Shown here in pieces: positions 45,090-58,844 of a stretch of DNA of 64,000 nt (position 1 is the first letter of the stretch; every line of letters begins with the position of its first letter). This stretch comes from Bispira polyomma (Eukaryota): the NCBI GenBank assembly GCA_965649765.1, contig OZ287752.1, forward strand, positions 46,996,001-47,060,000, in the 5' to 3' direction. The translations under genes were made by a program, and so were the position numbers. The notes under the pieces are model-generated. The model was not told the origin of the DNA. It ran no database searches and worked only from the letters and a program-made list of their open reading frames with translations.

Positions 45090-46129
45090 ATCAGTCTGAC
45101 AGGGCCAACGGTTTCAGAGGGGGGGGGGGCAGACTCAACCTTTTCCAGTTGTCAGGGCTGGTGGTAATATGAGGAATTCTTCCTGGTACTTGTCGATGAT
45201 GGTCTGGCAAAATTGTGGCACAAACTTGGTTATGTTTGAAGTTCCCTTTACGAAGTGACATGTAGGACTCCCCAGTAGCCAAATGCCTCAAAGTGATTGC
45301 TGGCAGTCCAGCGGGCAGTGCCTTCCTGTACCAAGTGGTCCGTCTCTATATCCTGTGCCCCACACTCCTCTCCATCTCCTGGAATACATCAGGGGCCATC
45401 CTGAAGAAGTTGCGGTACGACTGGAGATCTTGCAGCTCCAGGTGTGGCATAAGTAATGTCTAATGCCCATGTTCTTCCTTTTTCCTGAGCTATGGCTTGA
45501 TTCAGGACATTGGCCTTGCCATTCCTCTTGTGGCCACCTTCGCCTGAGTCTAAGGCTGTAGATTCAGTGCCTCCCTGTGCCTTCTTAATCTTCTTCTCCT
45601 GCTTTCGATGTCCATAATAGCCATCACTTGTACTTGCATATAGACAATTACAGCCCAATAGAAATGTTTATTATTCTTTTTGAAATCATGTTGATCACTT
45701 GACTTCTGAATTAAAACTGTCTAGATTCAAGTTTGAGCCCTCTTTTACATAGCATCTGATAGTAACGGTACCCCTACTTTTTATTACCAACCTTTAATCT
45801 GGAACAGTAGTTCCGTCGGTCCACTTATCTTAGTGTCCAACGACTGGATCGTAATGCCTTAAGACTTATAGATCACAACCAGTTCAAACAACTTATCTTT
45901 ACCAATCGGAGAGGTGAAGAGCAAAAAAGTATGATCCTGAAGACTAATCGGGCCAATCGATCGTAATGCTTGTGACTTATTGGAAATGTGTCGTATGACT
46001 TATCTTACAGGTCATTGCAAGACATTTTCCCCACATTTTTTCCAGAAATCGTGGGCAAATGCCAATGATTGGTCAGTATCATATAATCAGGGCCTCTCCC
46101 TGATGGTTTGTGATAGTGGAACAGCACCA
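45090..46129 (-). mobile_element. PIF/Harbinger 5' half with transposase N-terminal pseudogene
   Basis: TIR ATAGTGGAACAGCACCA followed by TTA. Motifs QSYRNFFRMAPDVF, AITLRHLATGESY and TSPDNWK. Same family as 5253-5836 and 9710-10935. Confidence 0.88.
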
Positions 46130-46489
46130 TTAGGGAATGCCAATGACCTTGATAATGTTTGCTTTGAATGGTCTATGTAAGATGATGAATTTTTTAAAAT
46201 ATTTTATTCTAAGATCAGCAAAGTAAAAGTAAAAAGGATAAAGTAAAACCATGCAATGGAACAACAGCAAAACAACAATATGCTGCAAAATTTACAAAAA
46301 ATGGGTTGAATGTATGCCTTTTGGGGTATATAGTTGAAAGGCCTGTTGTGCTCTTCTCACCATTACACCATTTTTTAACCCACTTGGCGTTCCTGAAAAT
46401 AAATGATTAACTAAGTTGCCCAATTAATTTCTAGAAAATAATCTCTTACCTTGGAAATAGGCATATAATTAAATAAGGTCTTATACCGG

Positions 46490-47560
46490 GCCATGGTAAA
46501 AAATGCCATACCATTGAATGTTGGTAGAAGCTCATGGCACCAGTTAAGATCTTGATAGAATTAAATGTCAACATGAATATGGTTTTATTAAGGTGGTGAT
46601 ATTTTTTAAAATATGGTGATTATTAATATGGTAATATTAAGTTCCCTAATGGTGATTGCAACTCCCATTTCTTGCATACACATTTGTTTTTCCAACTTTG
46701 GCATAATTTGAGAATTTTCCGCAATTTCTTTTTAGGTATTGAGATTCAGTTTTTTATTGCTTATTTATTGTATATTTTTGTATTAAGATTGAGATTGTAC
46801 AATTTTCAGTGTTAATGAAAACTCCCAAGCACACAACCTGTGTGCCGGGTTTAATGAGTTGCGTTCACTAATTTGAAAACCTAAGTCCCAGAGTAGGTGA
46901 AACAAATTTTGGAAAGAAACATGAATATTTGATATTGTGTCAATGCCTAAAATATCATCGATGTAGTTGATGACGTCATAACCTCCAATAGACATTATAA
47001 ATCTAACTGCGTCGCTCAAGAGCTAAAATATGGTGCCGTTGTGTCAGTACTTGAATGTGTCTATCTAGTAATCCTTAAGTTTAAGTCATAATGAACTCAG
47101 AATGTACTCAGTTGGGTCAAAATAGAGGTGATAGGACACCAAACTTTTATTGATTTTTTATAATTGACTTTCTTTACCTAGTTTGATGTTCTTATTTGTT
47201 ATGTCGCTAACAGTAGGCAATGTTAAAATAAAGGTTATCTAAATATGGATTGGCTGTGTTGACTAAGTTGCCATATTGATAACTAACTAAGGTTAATTTT
47301 GACACTTCTATATTCCTGCGTCATGAATGGGGATATGTGTAAATATATGTAGTGATTTTCTTTTGCTAAACTATGGTTTTCTTCAGAATGGGACAAAAGC
47401 TGATGCTTCGTGAAATTTCAATGGGAACCCATAGTGTAGTAAATGGGGTAGTTGTGATTTGACCAAGCATAAAGTTTGGGTTGAGTTTTTGGCTTGTCGA
47501 ATCCCACTTTCAAAAGTTGGATTTCCTCTAGAAGTGTTATTACCATCCCAAGACGATTTT
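46490..47560 (-). mobile_element. Degenerate Ngaro/DIRS-type RT remnant
   Basis: QLPHLLHYGFPL, SPFMTQ, SDAVRFIM..GYDVINYIDD, LGFQISE and DLNWCHELLPTFNGMAFF. The latter motifs align to ORF 28464-29732 (SDGVRYIM, NYIDD, DLNWFRSFLKEFNGVSFF). Confidence 0.85.
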
Positions 47561-48223
47561 TTATAAATTTACAGCTCTAATTCATTACTACGTGTGTTGA
47601 ACACCTTGTTATGGTTATTATTAATCTTTAATTGTCAAATCAGATAGAGGTGCGAATCTGTTGACAAGGTCATAATTGGTTTTTATGTTCTCGTGAAGAT
47701 TGAATTTGGTTCTCCCCTGCACCCCCACCCCACCCCGTGTGACAGGATTGTTTTGTTCTTGTGAATGTGTTTTCAAACCTTTTGGTTGATTAAGTGATTA
47801 ATCATCACATTGGACAAATTACATATAGGTTTTACATTGGCAACAATTTTCCACATTATGTAACATGGACGATAAGTTGTGGATTGACGAGTTTTTCTTT
47901 CTTGAATAGCAGCCTTTCTATGGCTGTTGTTTCCCTTCACTAGTTGGACATAGGTTTTATTTGCATCTCTAGTTATTCACTGTTGACTACAGTTCTAGAA
48001 GATAAATATTTTTGGGTATATTTACAGACAGACGTAAACGCCAAGAAATGTAGTATATTTGGGCCTTTCAAATCAGTGCCTCTACAGGCATTAACCTATA
48101 TGTGTAGCATTGGGCACTTTCAGGTATTAGATGATACAAGTAATACCCCTTCTATATTACATATTTTACCTTTATGTTACTAGAATTATGTGTATAGACT
48201 AGATCATATTTGAAGACTACAAT

Positions 48224-49865
48224 TACGGTCTTTGGCTGGATGAGGAAAAGTAATCTCAAAAATTAGGTAAATCACACAAATTTGAGTAGTAAATCTGAAG
48301 CATGCAAACAAGTAGTGTATGTCCTTGTTCTATTCCATCTGGACTACTGCAATGGTATCTTCATGGTACAGCAGTAGTTCACAAGCACTGAAGATACTCC
48401 ACTGGCTTCCAAATTGCTACAGAATATTGTTTAAAATTTTGACAATATTCCATAAATGTATTCACCAGAAAGCACCAAGATATTTACAGAATCTAATTCA
48501 AGAAAAAGAGACTGCAGCTATCCTGTTAGATCAAAGAAAAAGTACTATCTATTAGATGTTCCAAGAACATTTGGACCTTAAGGACATTTGCTAACTGCAG
48601 TTTTAGTGTATTTGGGCCTAAGTCATGGAACTCTCTTCCAGACTACCTCAAAAAAAACGGACAGCCACAACCTATTCAGAAAACAGCTAAAAACTCATTT
48701 ATTTCAGAAGGCATTTATGTAAAGAGTCACAGAATACAGATTTTGGTATTTTTATGTACCAGTTGAGCGCTATATAAAATATTTCTTATTAATATATCAT
48801 ATTATTATAAAGTTGACTCTTGGTTTCATGGTCGTTTTTCGGTGTGGGCATGTGGACTTTTGGAAGAAACGACATAGTGTGACTTTTTCAGTTTTTTTTT
48901 CTACTTGAAATGTACACTAGAATTTGAGGAACTCAACATGATTAGTGGCCCTGAGCCTTTCTTATTCTGTTAATGTTAGCAGTTTTTTGCCAAGAAACTT
49001 GTCCTCTTCTATTTTAACTGACAATATGCCATAGCTGCCGTACACGAAAAATAATGAAAGTTCTCCATTATTTTTTTTATGGATAATGGCTCCAAAGCCC
49101 ACCATCCAAAAGTACATACTGCCTTATGAACTCTGTCCTCCATTTTTGACATATATTCAATAAAAAACGTATTCCCCCAGCATTTCATGCTAGTACCCTT
49201 GCAGATGAATTGATAGATGTTTCTGTCTATGCATATTAAAATGAGGTTGTAAAATGTGATTAAAAACTCTAAATAATATGACTAAAATGTGTTTTGACTA
49301 GAAAATTAAATGTTAAGCCCTCATTCAAAGCTCAAACGAAAAAATGGCCATAGATCAAAGGAGATTATCCTTTATTTACTATCTTTTATGGCTGTGTCGA
49401 GTCACTGCAGCAGTCCCAGCTTGAGGTTGTGTATACAATAATAGAAGATCATATTATTCCACAAAAAAAACAGCACTTTTACAAAACTGAAATCACATCA
49501 ATAAAAAGTTCTTGAAAGCTTAAGATGGCGTTTTGCCTTTTCCTGCCCTTTTTAAAGTGAATATGTGGGGTTTAGGCACAGGCTTGGGAATAATTCGGAC
49601 AACTAATGGCCAATCACTGAGGAAGGTCATTTGGCACAAAAAAGTTTCTTAAAATAAGAAACCCATTTCTCCATTGATTTCCAGTTGAATAGTTCCTTCA
49701 GTAATTTAATATTATGTTAAATTGTGTGATTTGCACACAATACTTTAAATATTTAGTTAGAATAGCAAAATCCATTTCAAACTATTTTTACCCCTTATTA
49801 GCTTTGTGCTTCTAATTTAGTTTCTTGCATTTAAACTGATTTTTGGGCTCATACCAAAGACCGCA
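48224..49865. mobile_element. Probable non-autonomous DNA transposon hosting an L2 insertion
   Basis: Inverted ends TACGGTCTTTGG..GATGAG (48224) and CTCATACCAAAGACCGCA (49848-49865). No clean TSD. Confidence 0.4.
48295..48800 (+). mobile_element. L2-type LINE 3' end
   Basis: HLDYCNG, LKILHWLP..YRILFKIL..HKCIH..AP.YL, FSVFGPKSWNSLP and FRKQLKTHLF, followed by the tail GAGCGCTATATAAAAT...TTATT. Confidence 0.85.
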
Positions 49866-50869
49866 TTATCATTGCCCCTTGTAATATATCCTGTTCTTGC
49901 TGTGATTTCATGACAAATCATTTCTGTGATGCCATAGACACATTATAAACTTCCATTATTACCTCTTATTGGACAGAAATCAACTTAAACTAGATCTATT
50001 TATGGTTACATGAATAATATGATCATGATAAATTAGAAACTTCCGAAGATACAAATCAGGATAGGTTGTAAATCATTTTTAAATAAAATAACTAAGAAAT
50101 CCATGTCTAAACGATTCTGTGTCTCAGTTTGCTTGCTACAATTCATTTGTAAATTATTGGGGGTAAAATTCAATTATACCGTTAAGGTTGAAATAACATG
50201 ACCGTTAATGTATTCATCATTCAACAACACCTATTTGTATACAAATTTGATGGTGAATCCAAGTAATAATACAATAATAATTCAATAATCCATCTTGAAT
50301 AAGTTGATTTTGAAATACTGCTCTCTAAAAATCATTATTTTCCTTTTGTTATTCTTAAAACTAATTTTGACCTCAGTGACTTCTAATTGACATCACATTT
50401 GACAGAACTCATATCTCTCATAACTTCTCTATTTGACAAGCTTTTTCATCTCGAACCTCATATATCTTTTTTTAATTTTTTTACTATCAACATTTAAAAA
50501 AGGCGATTTCTTATTACTTTTATTCGTTACAAATTGCAATTTTCTTGTTTAAAACTTGGACCTTAATTAGAGAGAATGCAGTAATAAATGCTTCAGTTAT
50601 TTTAAGAATAATATCGATGATACAAAAATGTCATTGTTTTACTACAAAATGTTACTGTTTTACTTACTTAAGATCTATCTAATGTAATCTTTTTAAAATG
50701 TTTTACAGCGATTGTTAATATATGAAATGACGAAGTTAAATGCCAGTGATGTAGCTATTATAGTCTTCGTTGAGTGACTAATGATCATTATATAAATCCC
50801 ACAATACCTTAAGGTCCACACAATGTAGCTTTATATTGTATTTAGGTGATGTGTAAGCAAGCAAAGCCT

Positions 50870-51158
50870 ACAGAGAGACTACGGCCATCTTGGTCGAGTA
50901 GTGGTGGGGAGGCCTTGTCATTGCTTACTGCTTTCTCTACTCAGTTAAAGGCTACTTGTGGCGAGAGCTCAGCACCATTATCAAGTTGATGTGCAGCAGT
51001 CAAGTCTGTGCTTCACTCCACTGACGTAAATGGCCAACTCGTTCTGGAATTATCATCTCTATCTGATCGGTGAAATTAGAAAAAGGAATTTGTGTTTGAT
51101 CTTTTTGAAATGGAATCTTAAAACGACACAGACCCAATAAGGATTATATTACCAGACA
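50870..51158 (+). promoter_or_regulatory. Possible promoter / non-coding first exon of the GPCR
   Basis: Locally GC-richer. YY1-like GCCATCTT (~50884) and CRE-like TGACGTAA (~51023). Donor ACA|GTAAGT at 51159 could pair with acceptor TTTTTTGCAG| at 52118. Inference only. Confidence 0.35.
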
Positions 51159-53484
51159 GTAAGTATTGACTATTTTTTTTTCATTTCTAACTCCTACTGT
51201 TCCAATGAGGTACTTAACCCAAAGGACACTTTCGAGTACAATTTTATAGAATTGTGTGATATATTTCTTATTGATAGCTGCAATATCAAAATGTGACTGG
51301 ATCCTAAAGCATTATGCGCATACAGGCACCACAGTTATATGTTAGAATATATAAATGTTTTATTTAATTGTTTTGCATTGTTACACCAATTTACTTAATA
51401 CATGATGAGAAGATAAGTTATTACCGTTTAGAAAGTGTTTGGATCTGTAGATGTAAACTAAGTTGGTTGTTGGACTTGGTTGGTGTAGTAGGAGATGTTT
51501 AATTACATAGAAGCTTTCCATTCCTACAGCTGGAGCTGACAGGGCTGTGGTATTACCAGGTTTACTCCAACCTAACAGGACAAAAACAGACTGTCTGACT
51601 TATCACAATTCACAGGTTCACCCTAACTTAACAGGACAAAAACAAACGATCAGACAAACATGTTACCTAACATTGTACATGGGGCAAAATGGGTGTGTCA
51701 GAATGTCCATATGAATCAACATCAAGTTCCTTGTAATGACCAAGTCTAACCTGTCTGGGTACTTTATGTGGCTAGTAAGTTTGACTTTCAGACAGAGAGG
51801 GGAGAGAATAAATATAGACAGGGGAGAATAAATATAGCCATTACCCTCGCAAAGTAGGTTAACCTTGTTCAAATTTGTTGTTCAATGTTTACAGAATTTA
51901 GAATTTGATTGAAACGAAGGAAATTTCTTTAATTTGACATTTTTTCGTGAACTATTTGTAATTTCTGATTTTATAACATGTACTTGTAAATGGGTATCAA
52001 AGGAGGTACTATATGTGCGTCCCTTAATATTCAACAAGTCTTATGTAGTGTATAGAATTAGTTAGAATGAGATGAATCACAAAAGTCTGTAATAAAATCC
52101 TTTCATATTTTTTTGCAGATGTCAGCCTTTACTTGTCCCCACACATATTCCTGGCAATGCAATTAAAGCAGTACTGCCCCGAAAAGATAGCAAATGTCAA
52201 TAAAACTCTTCCGGGGTGTGTGTTAGATCAGAAGATAAAGACCCCTCTCTTGGTGCCAGCAGAGAACTTCAGCTTCTCATTGAGAACCCGTCTTCAGAAC
52301 CCCTCCTCATTTTGTCAGAGATGTCATCACACTCCTAATTAATATGGAAATTCTCTTACTATCCAAAACATGCTGGAAGAAAAATTAGGGCTTACAAGAA
52401 GACATTGAGAATCTACATGCTGAAGTTTATTAAAAAAAAACGCCATGCAGAATCTACAAAACACACTTAATCAAAGTTATTGATCTCTTTAAATAGAAAA
52501 GAAATCTTTCAGAGAGAAAAACGTGATTTCGTTTTGTGTGCCGTGTTTAAAGTAAGAAAAAAATCACCGGATTAATGGTAGAGAGTGTTGCTTTGTGAGC
52601 TTTACACACACAGCAATTGATGGAATGTTTTCATTGAAGATTGACGCTCAGGTTAGCTATGCCAGACATCTGGCGAGGCAGCTTTTGTGTTGTTTTTGTA
52701 TTACGTTTGTGACCAAAACGCCAGTGAGTTGTAAGATTTGGCGTGTGTGTTCAATACAAATCTCCAGCAAGTTGGAGGCAGAGATTATTGGCTATGGGGC
52801 TGGTGTTTGATGACCTCCCACCAACAGTGCCTAAATCAGGGCCACAGCTGAACAGTGTCTAGGACAGGATTACTGGACTCGTGGTCACTTTGACTATAAA
52901 GCTGGTGTTGATGTAACCACAGTTGGTGGAGTTCATCCTGAGTTCACTACAAGCTCTAGAAGTAACTGTGGGAGTGTTTGGCTTGGCACAGGGTCCTCTA
53001 GTATTCCCTGTCACTGACATTTACCAGATCAAGGAAACCAACCAAATCAAGCCCAAATTACTGCTCGCTGTCAAAGCCTGCTAGAAAAAACATCTTAATG
53101 CTGGGATCAATAACACTTGCTAAGAATCATCTTTTATTTAAATCTTCTTCCAGATAGAGTTTGGAATAAGTGAATGATTATTATAATTACACATAGTAAA
53201 CAGTACGGTTCTGGAGTTTATATATAATGTAAACTTTGGACCAGAACATATGTACAAATATTGTGTGAAGGAAGTGCCTTGAAAAAAAATATTTCGCAGT
53301 AAAAAATGATGAATTGTGTTTGATAAAGAATGTAATGACAGTCTGTGGACTATAGGTTGCGGGTGTTGCATGCTAGAATCTGAGTGGGATTACCACTGGG
53401 AATTGAGGCAACCCACGCTAGATAGCCGAGAACAGGGGATAAAAAATCTGACAGTGAGTTGTGTGTAGCAGAACCCTGGCCAAC

Positions 53485-54870
53485 ATGTCTCCAGTGGGGG
53501 CAGAGAGTGATGGCCTACAGAAGCTTGTACTGGGGACTGGGGACAACAGTTCCTCTCTTACCAATGAAACCAGTCAGTCAGCTGGGGCGAATATCAATAT
53601 GGATATAATGGAGGCAATTTTCTTTATTCTCGGGACTTCATTATGTACATTATTGACAATTGTAGGGAATATAATGGTTGTTTTAAGTGTATTTACTTAC
53701 AGGCCGTTACGCTGTGTCCAGAACTTCTTCATCATCTCATTAGCTGTTGCTGATATTCTGGTTGCAATCTGTGTGATGCCTTTGAATGTGGCTAACTACG
53801 TGATTGGTTACTGGCTATTTGGTGCTGTTCTCTGTAATATGTGGCTCACATTTGACATTTTGATGTGTACAGCCTCCATTTTAAATCTATGTGCAATTGC
53901 ATTAGACAGATACTATGCAATCCATGATCCTATTAACTATGCGCAAAAACGTACTTTAAAGCGTGTGTTGGTGACTATTGCCTTCATCTGGCTACTGAGT
54001 GCTGTCATCTCTGTGCCCCCACTGCTGGGATGGAATAACAGCAGTGGCAGAAACCTCTACAACCACCACACAAAGCAGTGTCAGCTAACGGATGAGAAGA
54101 GTTTTGTCATCTACAGTGCATTGGGATCTTTTTATATCCCTCTCTTCATAATGACATTTGTGTACATCAAAATCTTTGTGGCCACAAGGCGACGTCTGCG
54201 TAAGCGCGCACATGCTGCTGCCATGGCACAATTAAAGCAGCCTTCAACTACCAATGAGAAGCTGCAACACAACAACCGCCTTACTGCCAAACGTGTCTCT
54301 GAGCAGAGCTCAGAAGGCAACACAGCAGAGATCACCTCTGAACCCACAAAGGACAAATCAGGACAAAATCACCCACTGCTACAGGAGTCTAAGCTTTCTC
54401 CACATACACTCACTCACAATGGCTCAACCAAATCCACCCTGTCTTTTCAGTCCAATTGCTCATTTAAAGGGAAACACAGCAGTGATGGCTCTAATGGAAG
54501 TAAAAGCAGTAAAGCCACTTCTCCCGGGAGAGCTATGGCATTTTCTGAAAATGGAGTCAGTATTCAGGTGGCAACCTTCATGGCGGAAAAACAACGCATA
54601 TCTTTATCGAAAGAGAGAAGAGCAGCCCGAACAATGAGCATCATAATGGGGGTCTTTGTGTTGTGTTGGCTGCCCTTTTTCTTAATGTACATCATTTTCC
54701 CCTTCTGCAAAGGTTGTGCGGAAGACATTCATTCTGGAGTGATCAATTTCATCATTTGGATGGGATACATTAACTCTGCTTTAAATCCCATTATCTATAC
54801 AGTCTTTAATTTAGACTTTAGGCGAGCATTTAAACGAATTTTTCAAGGCAAGTGTAATTACAGGCGCTGA
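53485..54870 (+). CDS. Oct-TyrR: Type-1 tyramine (octopamine/tyramine) receptor, rhodopsin-family GPCR, intronless, 461 aa from the first ATG
   Basis: Seven TM segments. TM3 Asp (LTFDILMCTASILNLCAIALDRY), TM5 SALGSFYIP, CWLPFF and NPIIY. DPINYAQKRTLKRVL and ISLSKERRAART are characteristic of invertebrate TAR1/Oct-TyrR. The ORF-track start at 53461 is GTG. Confidence 0.92.
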   Translation: MSPVGAESDGLQKLVLGTGDNSSSLTNETSQSAGANINMDIMEAIFFILGTSLCTLLTIVGNIMVVLSVFTYRPLRCVQNFFIISLAVADILVAICVMPLNVANYVIGYWLFGAVLCNMWLTFDILMCTASILNLCAIALDRYYAIHDPINYAQKRTLKRVLVTIAFIWLLSAVISVPPLLGWNNSSGRNLYNHHTKQCQLTDEKSFVIYSALGSFYIPLFIMTFVYIKIFVATRRRLRKRAHAAAMAQLKQPSTTNEKLQHNNRLTAKRVSEQSSEGNTAEITSEPTKDKSGQNHPLLQESKLSPHTLTHNGSTKSTLSFQSNCSFKGKHSSDGSNGSKSSKATSPGRAMAFSENGVSIQVATFMAEKQRISLSKERRAARTMSIIMGVFVLCWLPFFLMYIIFPFCKGCAEDIHSGVINFIIWMGYINSALNPIIYTVFNLDFRRAFKRIFQGKCNYRR

Positions 54871-57161
54871 GATGTTGTTTTAGAAGGCTAATATATTGTT
54901 AATACACAGTTTGTTTTAATTTAGTAAATATGCATCTCTGAATCAAGTATATCACTTGTTACTTTTAATGACTCAAGGCTGACATATATTTGATAATAAG
55001 GTAGAGGTTTGATGACCTAGTTACTTTATAAATAAATGCACTGTTGCTGTAAGCTTAGGGCCTCATTATTCACAAGAACTGGCTTTTACAGATGCTGATA
55101 TCATAAGATCAGGTTGTTATGTAATGGAGTTTTATACACACAAGGACTGCAATGAAATATTGATATGTTCTAATATAGTTTGTACAGCCCTTCTTTAATA
55201 GATATATATATATATACAAGTATTAGTGTTTAGACAGGAAGAGGGGTCTCCTGTTGAGGTTGTTGTTTACATTTGAGTGGTGGTGTTTTGTCATTCATCA
55301 CCTCTTATCTCCAATGTTGTCCCCAATTCTTTGACTCATTGTATTACATAGTTTTTAAGTCTCAATCGGAACATTTTAATGTGCAATTAATAGGTGTTCT
55401 TCACAGATGTATAAACACTAAATTATTATTTATTTGGTGCAGTATCAGCATCTTTTTAATCTGTTGTTAAATGTAAACCATCATATGGTATCTACATTTC
55501 AATTAGATACGGGTTATGTGATATGTGGTTGCATAAAAACTTTTACAAAAAGATAAGCCTTGTGTTAGTAAACATTATTGTATATTTTATGGCATTTTGT
55601 TGTACTGTGATATCTATTTCATTAAAGCGACTTCACCCTATTTGACATGTTCACACTTCTATTGATTATTTTAAAAATAAAGATATTCGTAAAATATTTT
55701 TCTTTTAAACTGGGTACCATTTGGACGGTGTCATTTTGAATATACTTACTTTGGGAGGCAAAAATTTAGAAAACACTGAACAAGTAGGAAGCCAGAAATG
55801 TGTTCACCCATACTAAGGCCATTTCTCTATTTAATAACTGTGACAAGAAAGGAGCTATTGCAGCTACTTAAGGAAGAGCTAATTGACAGAATTTAAAATC
55901 TGTAGGGTAATGATTAGTTTCAGATAACTAGATTACGGATCATTAATTATATTTGGATCCAACAGTCCACCTTTGATAGAATAATCCAAACATAAGGCCA
56001 CTAATTGGATACTTTCCAATATGACTCCAAATACCGCCTGGTTCTATTTTCTATACAGACAGAACCTGTCACTCTTTAAAGATGATATTGGGTAGTTACT
56101 GAGTCACGTGTTGTTTGAAAATGAAGGACATGGAAAGATATCAGTTGCATTAGATTGAAGACTAAAGTCAGGTATGATGGTTCTGTAAGAACAGAAACCT
56201 CAGGTCAATTACTGTCAAATACGTGCAGATCACATACATACATGTCGAAAAATGGTCAGTGAAACAAGAAAAGTTGAATACTCAATGGCAGACAATGATG
56301 TTTAAGCCTTATTATAAATGATTTATTGTCAGCAGGAATGTACATACCAGCAGGTTCCTGGTGATGGCACTTTCTGTGTAAATACATAATTCAATCAACA
56401 CTTTTTTGGTTCTGTCACATTTATTAAAATCACATAACATCCTACATAAAACCTGTAATACTATTGTCATATATTATGACATTTGTCTTTGCAAACCCAG
56501 TAACCATGAATGTTTGTGTGATGTAACAGTCAGAATATAGAACTGTCATATACAAATTTTTTAGGTAATCATGATTTTTTTTAAAATTGACGTTATATTA
56601 TTGCACCCATCCCTTCCGGCCATTCTCGTGGAGAAATACTTTCGTAAAAAGCAAAGTATCTTTCATATCAAAGTTTTTAACATAAGTAAACTAATTTTTA
56701 TGGGTAACAAACTATAAAAATTATGTATTAGAACTACAGCTACATTGTTTTTTCCCACAATCTAAAGATATTTGAGGAATAGTTTTGCTTGAAAAAACAT
56801 GACGTCATGATGTTGCCCTTGGCACTTCGAACATTAATCCCAGCCGATTGATCGTTTGGCATGTGCATAAAACGTGCATTTATTTATTCCTTTACTTATG
56901 TAGAAGAAGATATTTAACACTACATTTCAAACTGGTCTTTATCTTTGTCAGAAAATAAATTATAGGGCTTAAGGTCTGGAGAATATATCCAGATTGACAC
57001 ATTGGTAAGCAGTCATTAGAAAATATGTTCAAACATTGACATTAGCAGTATAACAACAATAACTATAAACTAGGTTTCAACTCACTACTTACTTAAAAGG
57101 GGATAATAACACAAATCGAAGATTTATGGTAAGATTAAACCAAACCACCAATCATGATTGC

Positions 57162-58375
57162 TGGACATATTGTACTGTCAGCTCTGGTTGACATATTGTA
57201 CTATCAGCTCTAGTGGACATATTATAATGTCAGCTCTAGTAAACATATTGTACTGTCAGCTCTAGTGGACATATTGTACTGACCAGATAGGTGTCAGCTC
57301 TAGTGGACATTGCTGTATTGTTAGATTCAGTAGACATATTGTACTGTCAGCTCTAGTAAATACATTGTACTGTCAGCTCTGGTAGACATATTGTACTGTC
57401 AGGTCTAGTAGACATATTGTACTGACCAGATAGGTGTCAGATCTAGTAGACATATTGTATTTCTCGCGCTAGTAGACAGTACTGTCAGCTCTGGTGGACA
57501 TATTGCACTGTCAGCTCTAGTAGACATATTGTACTCTCAGCTCTAGTAGACATATTGTACTGTCAGCTCTAGTTGACATATTGTACTGTCAGCTCTAGTG
57601 GACATATTGTACTGACCCGATAGGTGTTAGCTCTAGTGGACATATTGTACTGTCATCTATAGTAGACATATTGTACTGACCAGATAGGTGTCAATTCTAG
57701 TAAACATATTGTACTGTCAGCTATAGTAGACATATTGTACTGTCAGCTTAAATGGACATATTGTACTGTCAGCTCTAGTGAACATATTGTACTGTCAGCT
57801 CCAGTAGACATATTGTACTGACCAGATAGGTGTCAGCTCTAGTAGACATATTGTACTGTAAGTTCTAGTAAACATATTGTACTGTCAGCTCTAGTGGACA
57901 TACTGTACTGACCAGATAGGTGTCAGCTCTAGTAGACATATTGTACTGTCAGCTATAGTAGACATATAGTACTGTCAGCTCTAGTAAACATATTGTACTG
58001 TCAGCTCTAGTAGATATATTGTACTGTCAGCTATAGTGGACATATTATACTATCATCTATAGTAGACATATTGTACTGACGAGATAGGTGTTAGCTCCAG
58101 TAGACATATTTTACTGTCAGGTGTAGTAAACATATTGTACTGTCAGCTCTAATAGACATATTGTATTGTTAGCTCTAGTAGACATATTGTACTGTCACCT
58201 CTAGTAGACATATTGTACTGACCAGATAGGTATTAGCTGTAGTAGACATATTGTACTGACCAGATAGGTGTTAGCTCTAGTAGACATATTGTACTGACCA
58301 GATAGGTATTAGCTCTAGTAGACATATTGTACTGACCAGATAGGTGTTAGCTCTAGTAAACATATTGTACTGGCC
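57162..58375. repeat. 26-bp minisatellite (GACATATTGTACTGTCAGCTCTAGTA) with interspersed 38-bp variants (+ACCAGATAGGTG)
   Basis: Direct reading; about 40 units. Confidence 0.95.
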
Positions 58376-58844
58376 AGTAATGTGCCAATGTTGACTTGTC
58401 ACTTTGATTAGTACCACTTCATCACACAGCTCACGCAACACAATCATTAACTCCAACATTCTGACAGGGAGACTGCTTCAAATAAATTGGCTGAGATGAC
58501 ATTAGACATTACTCTGCCCCCTTCAGTAACATACAGAGAGAAGCAACCCCACTCAAATTACTGCGTGCAGATCTCCAGGCATTGTATACATGTGTATCTG
58601 TAAGCAACTAAATTTGGCTAAAACAAAGGGCCAGTTGGTTTTGTTGCTGAATTGAAGAGGGTTAGTGTAATATGTCTAGTAGATACATGTAACTACAGCC
58701 TATTTCACTTTATTAAAAGTGGCGTCTTCCCTATTTTACATTCAGTGAACTAATGAAAGTGTAAATGAATATCGCAGGAAAGCGAACGGAACTGATCCAA
58801 ATGACACCCAGTGAGATTTCAAACAAGAATATTATTTACTCTGG

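Noticed and set aside
56797-56810. Perfect CRE palindrome CATGACGTCATG
   Set aside because: Isolated 12-mer ~2 kb downstream of the GPCR with no supporting context.
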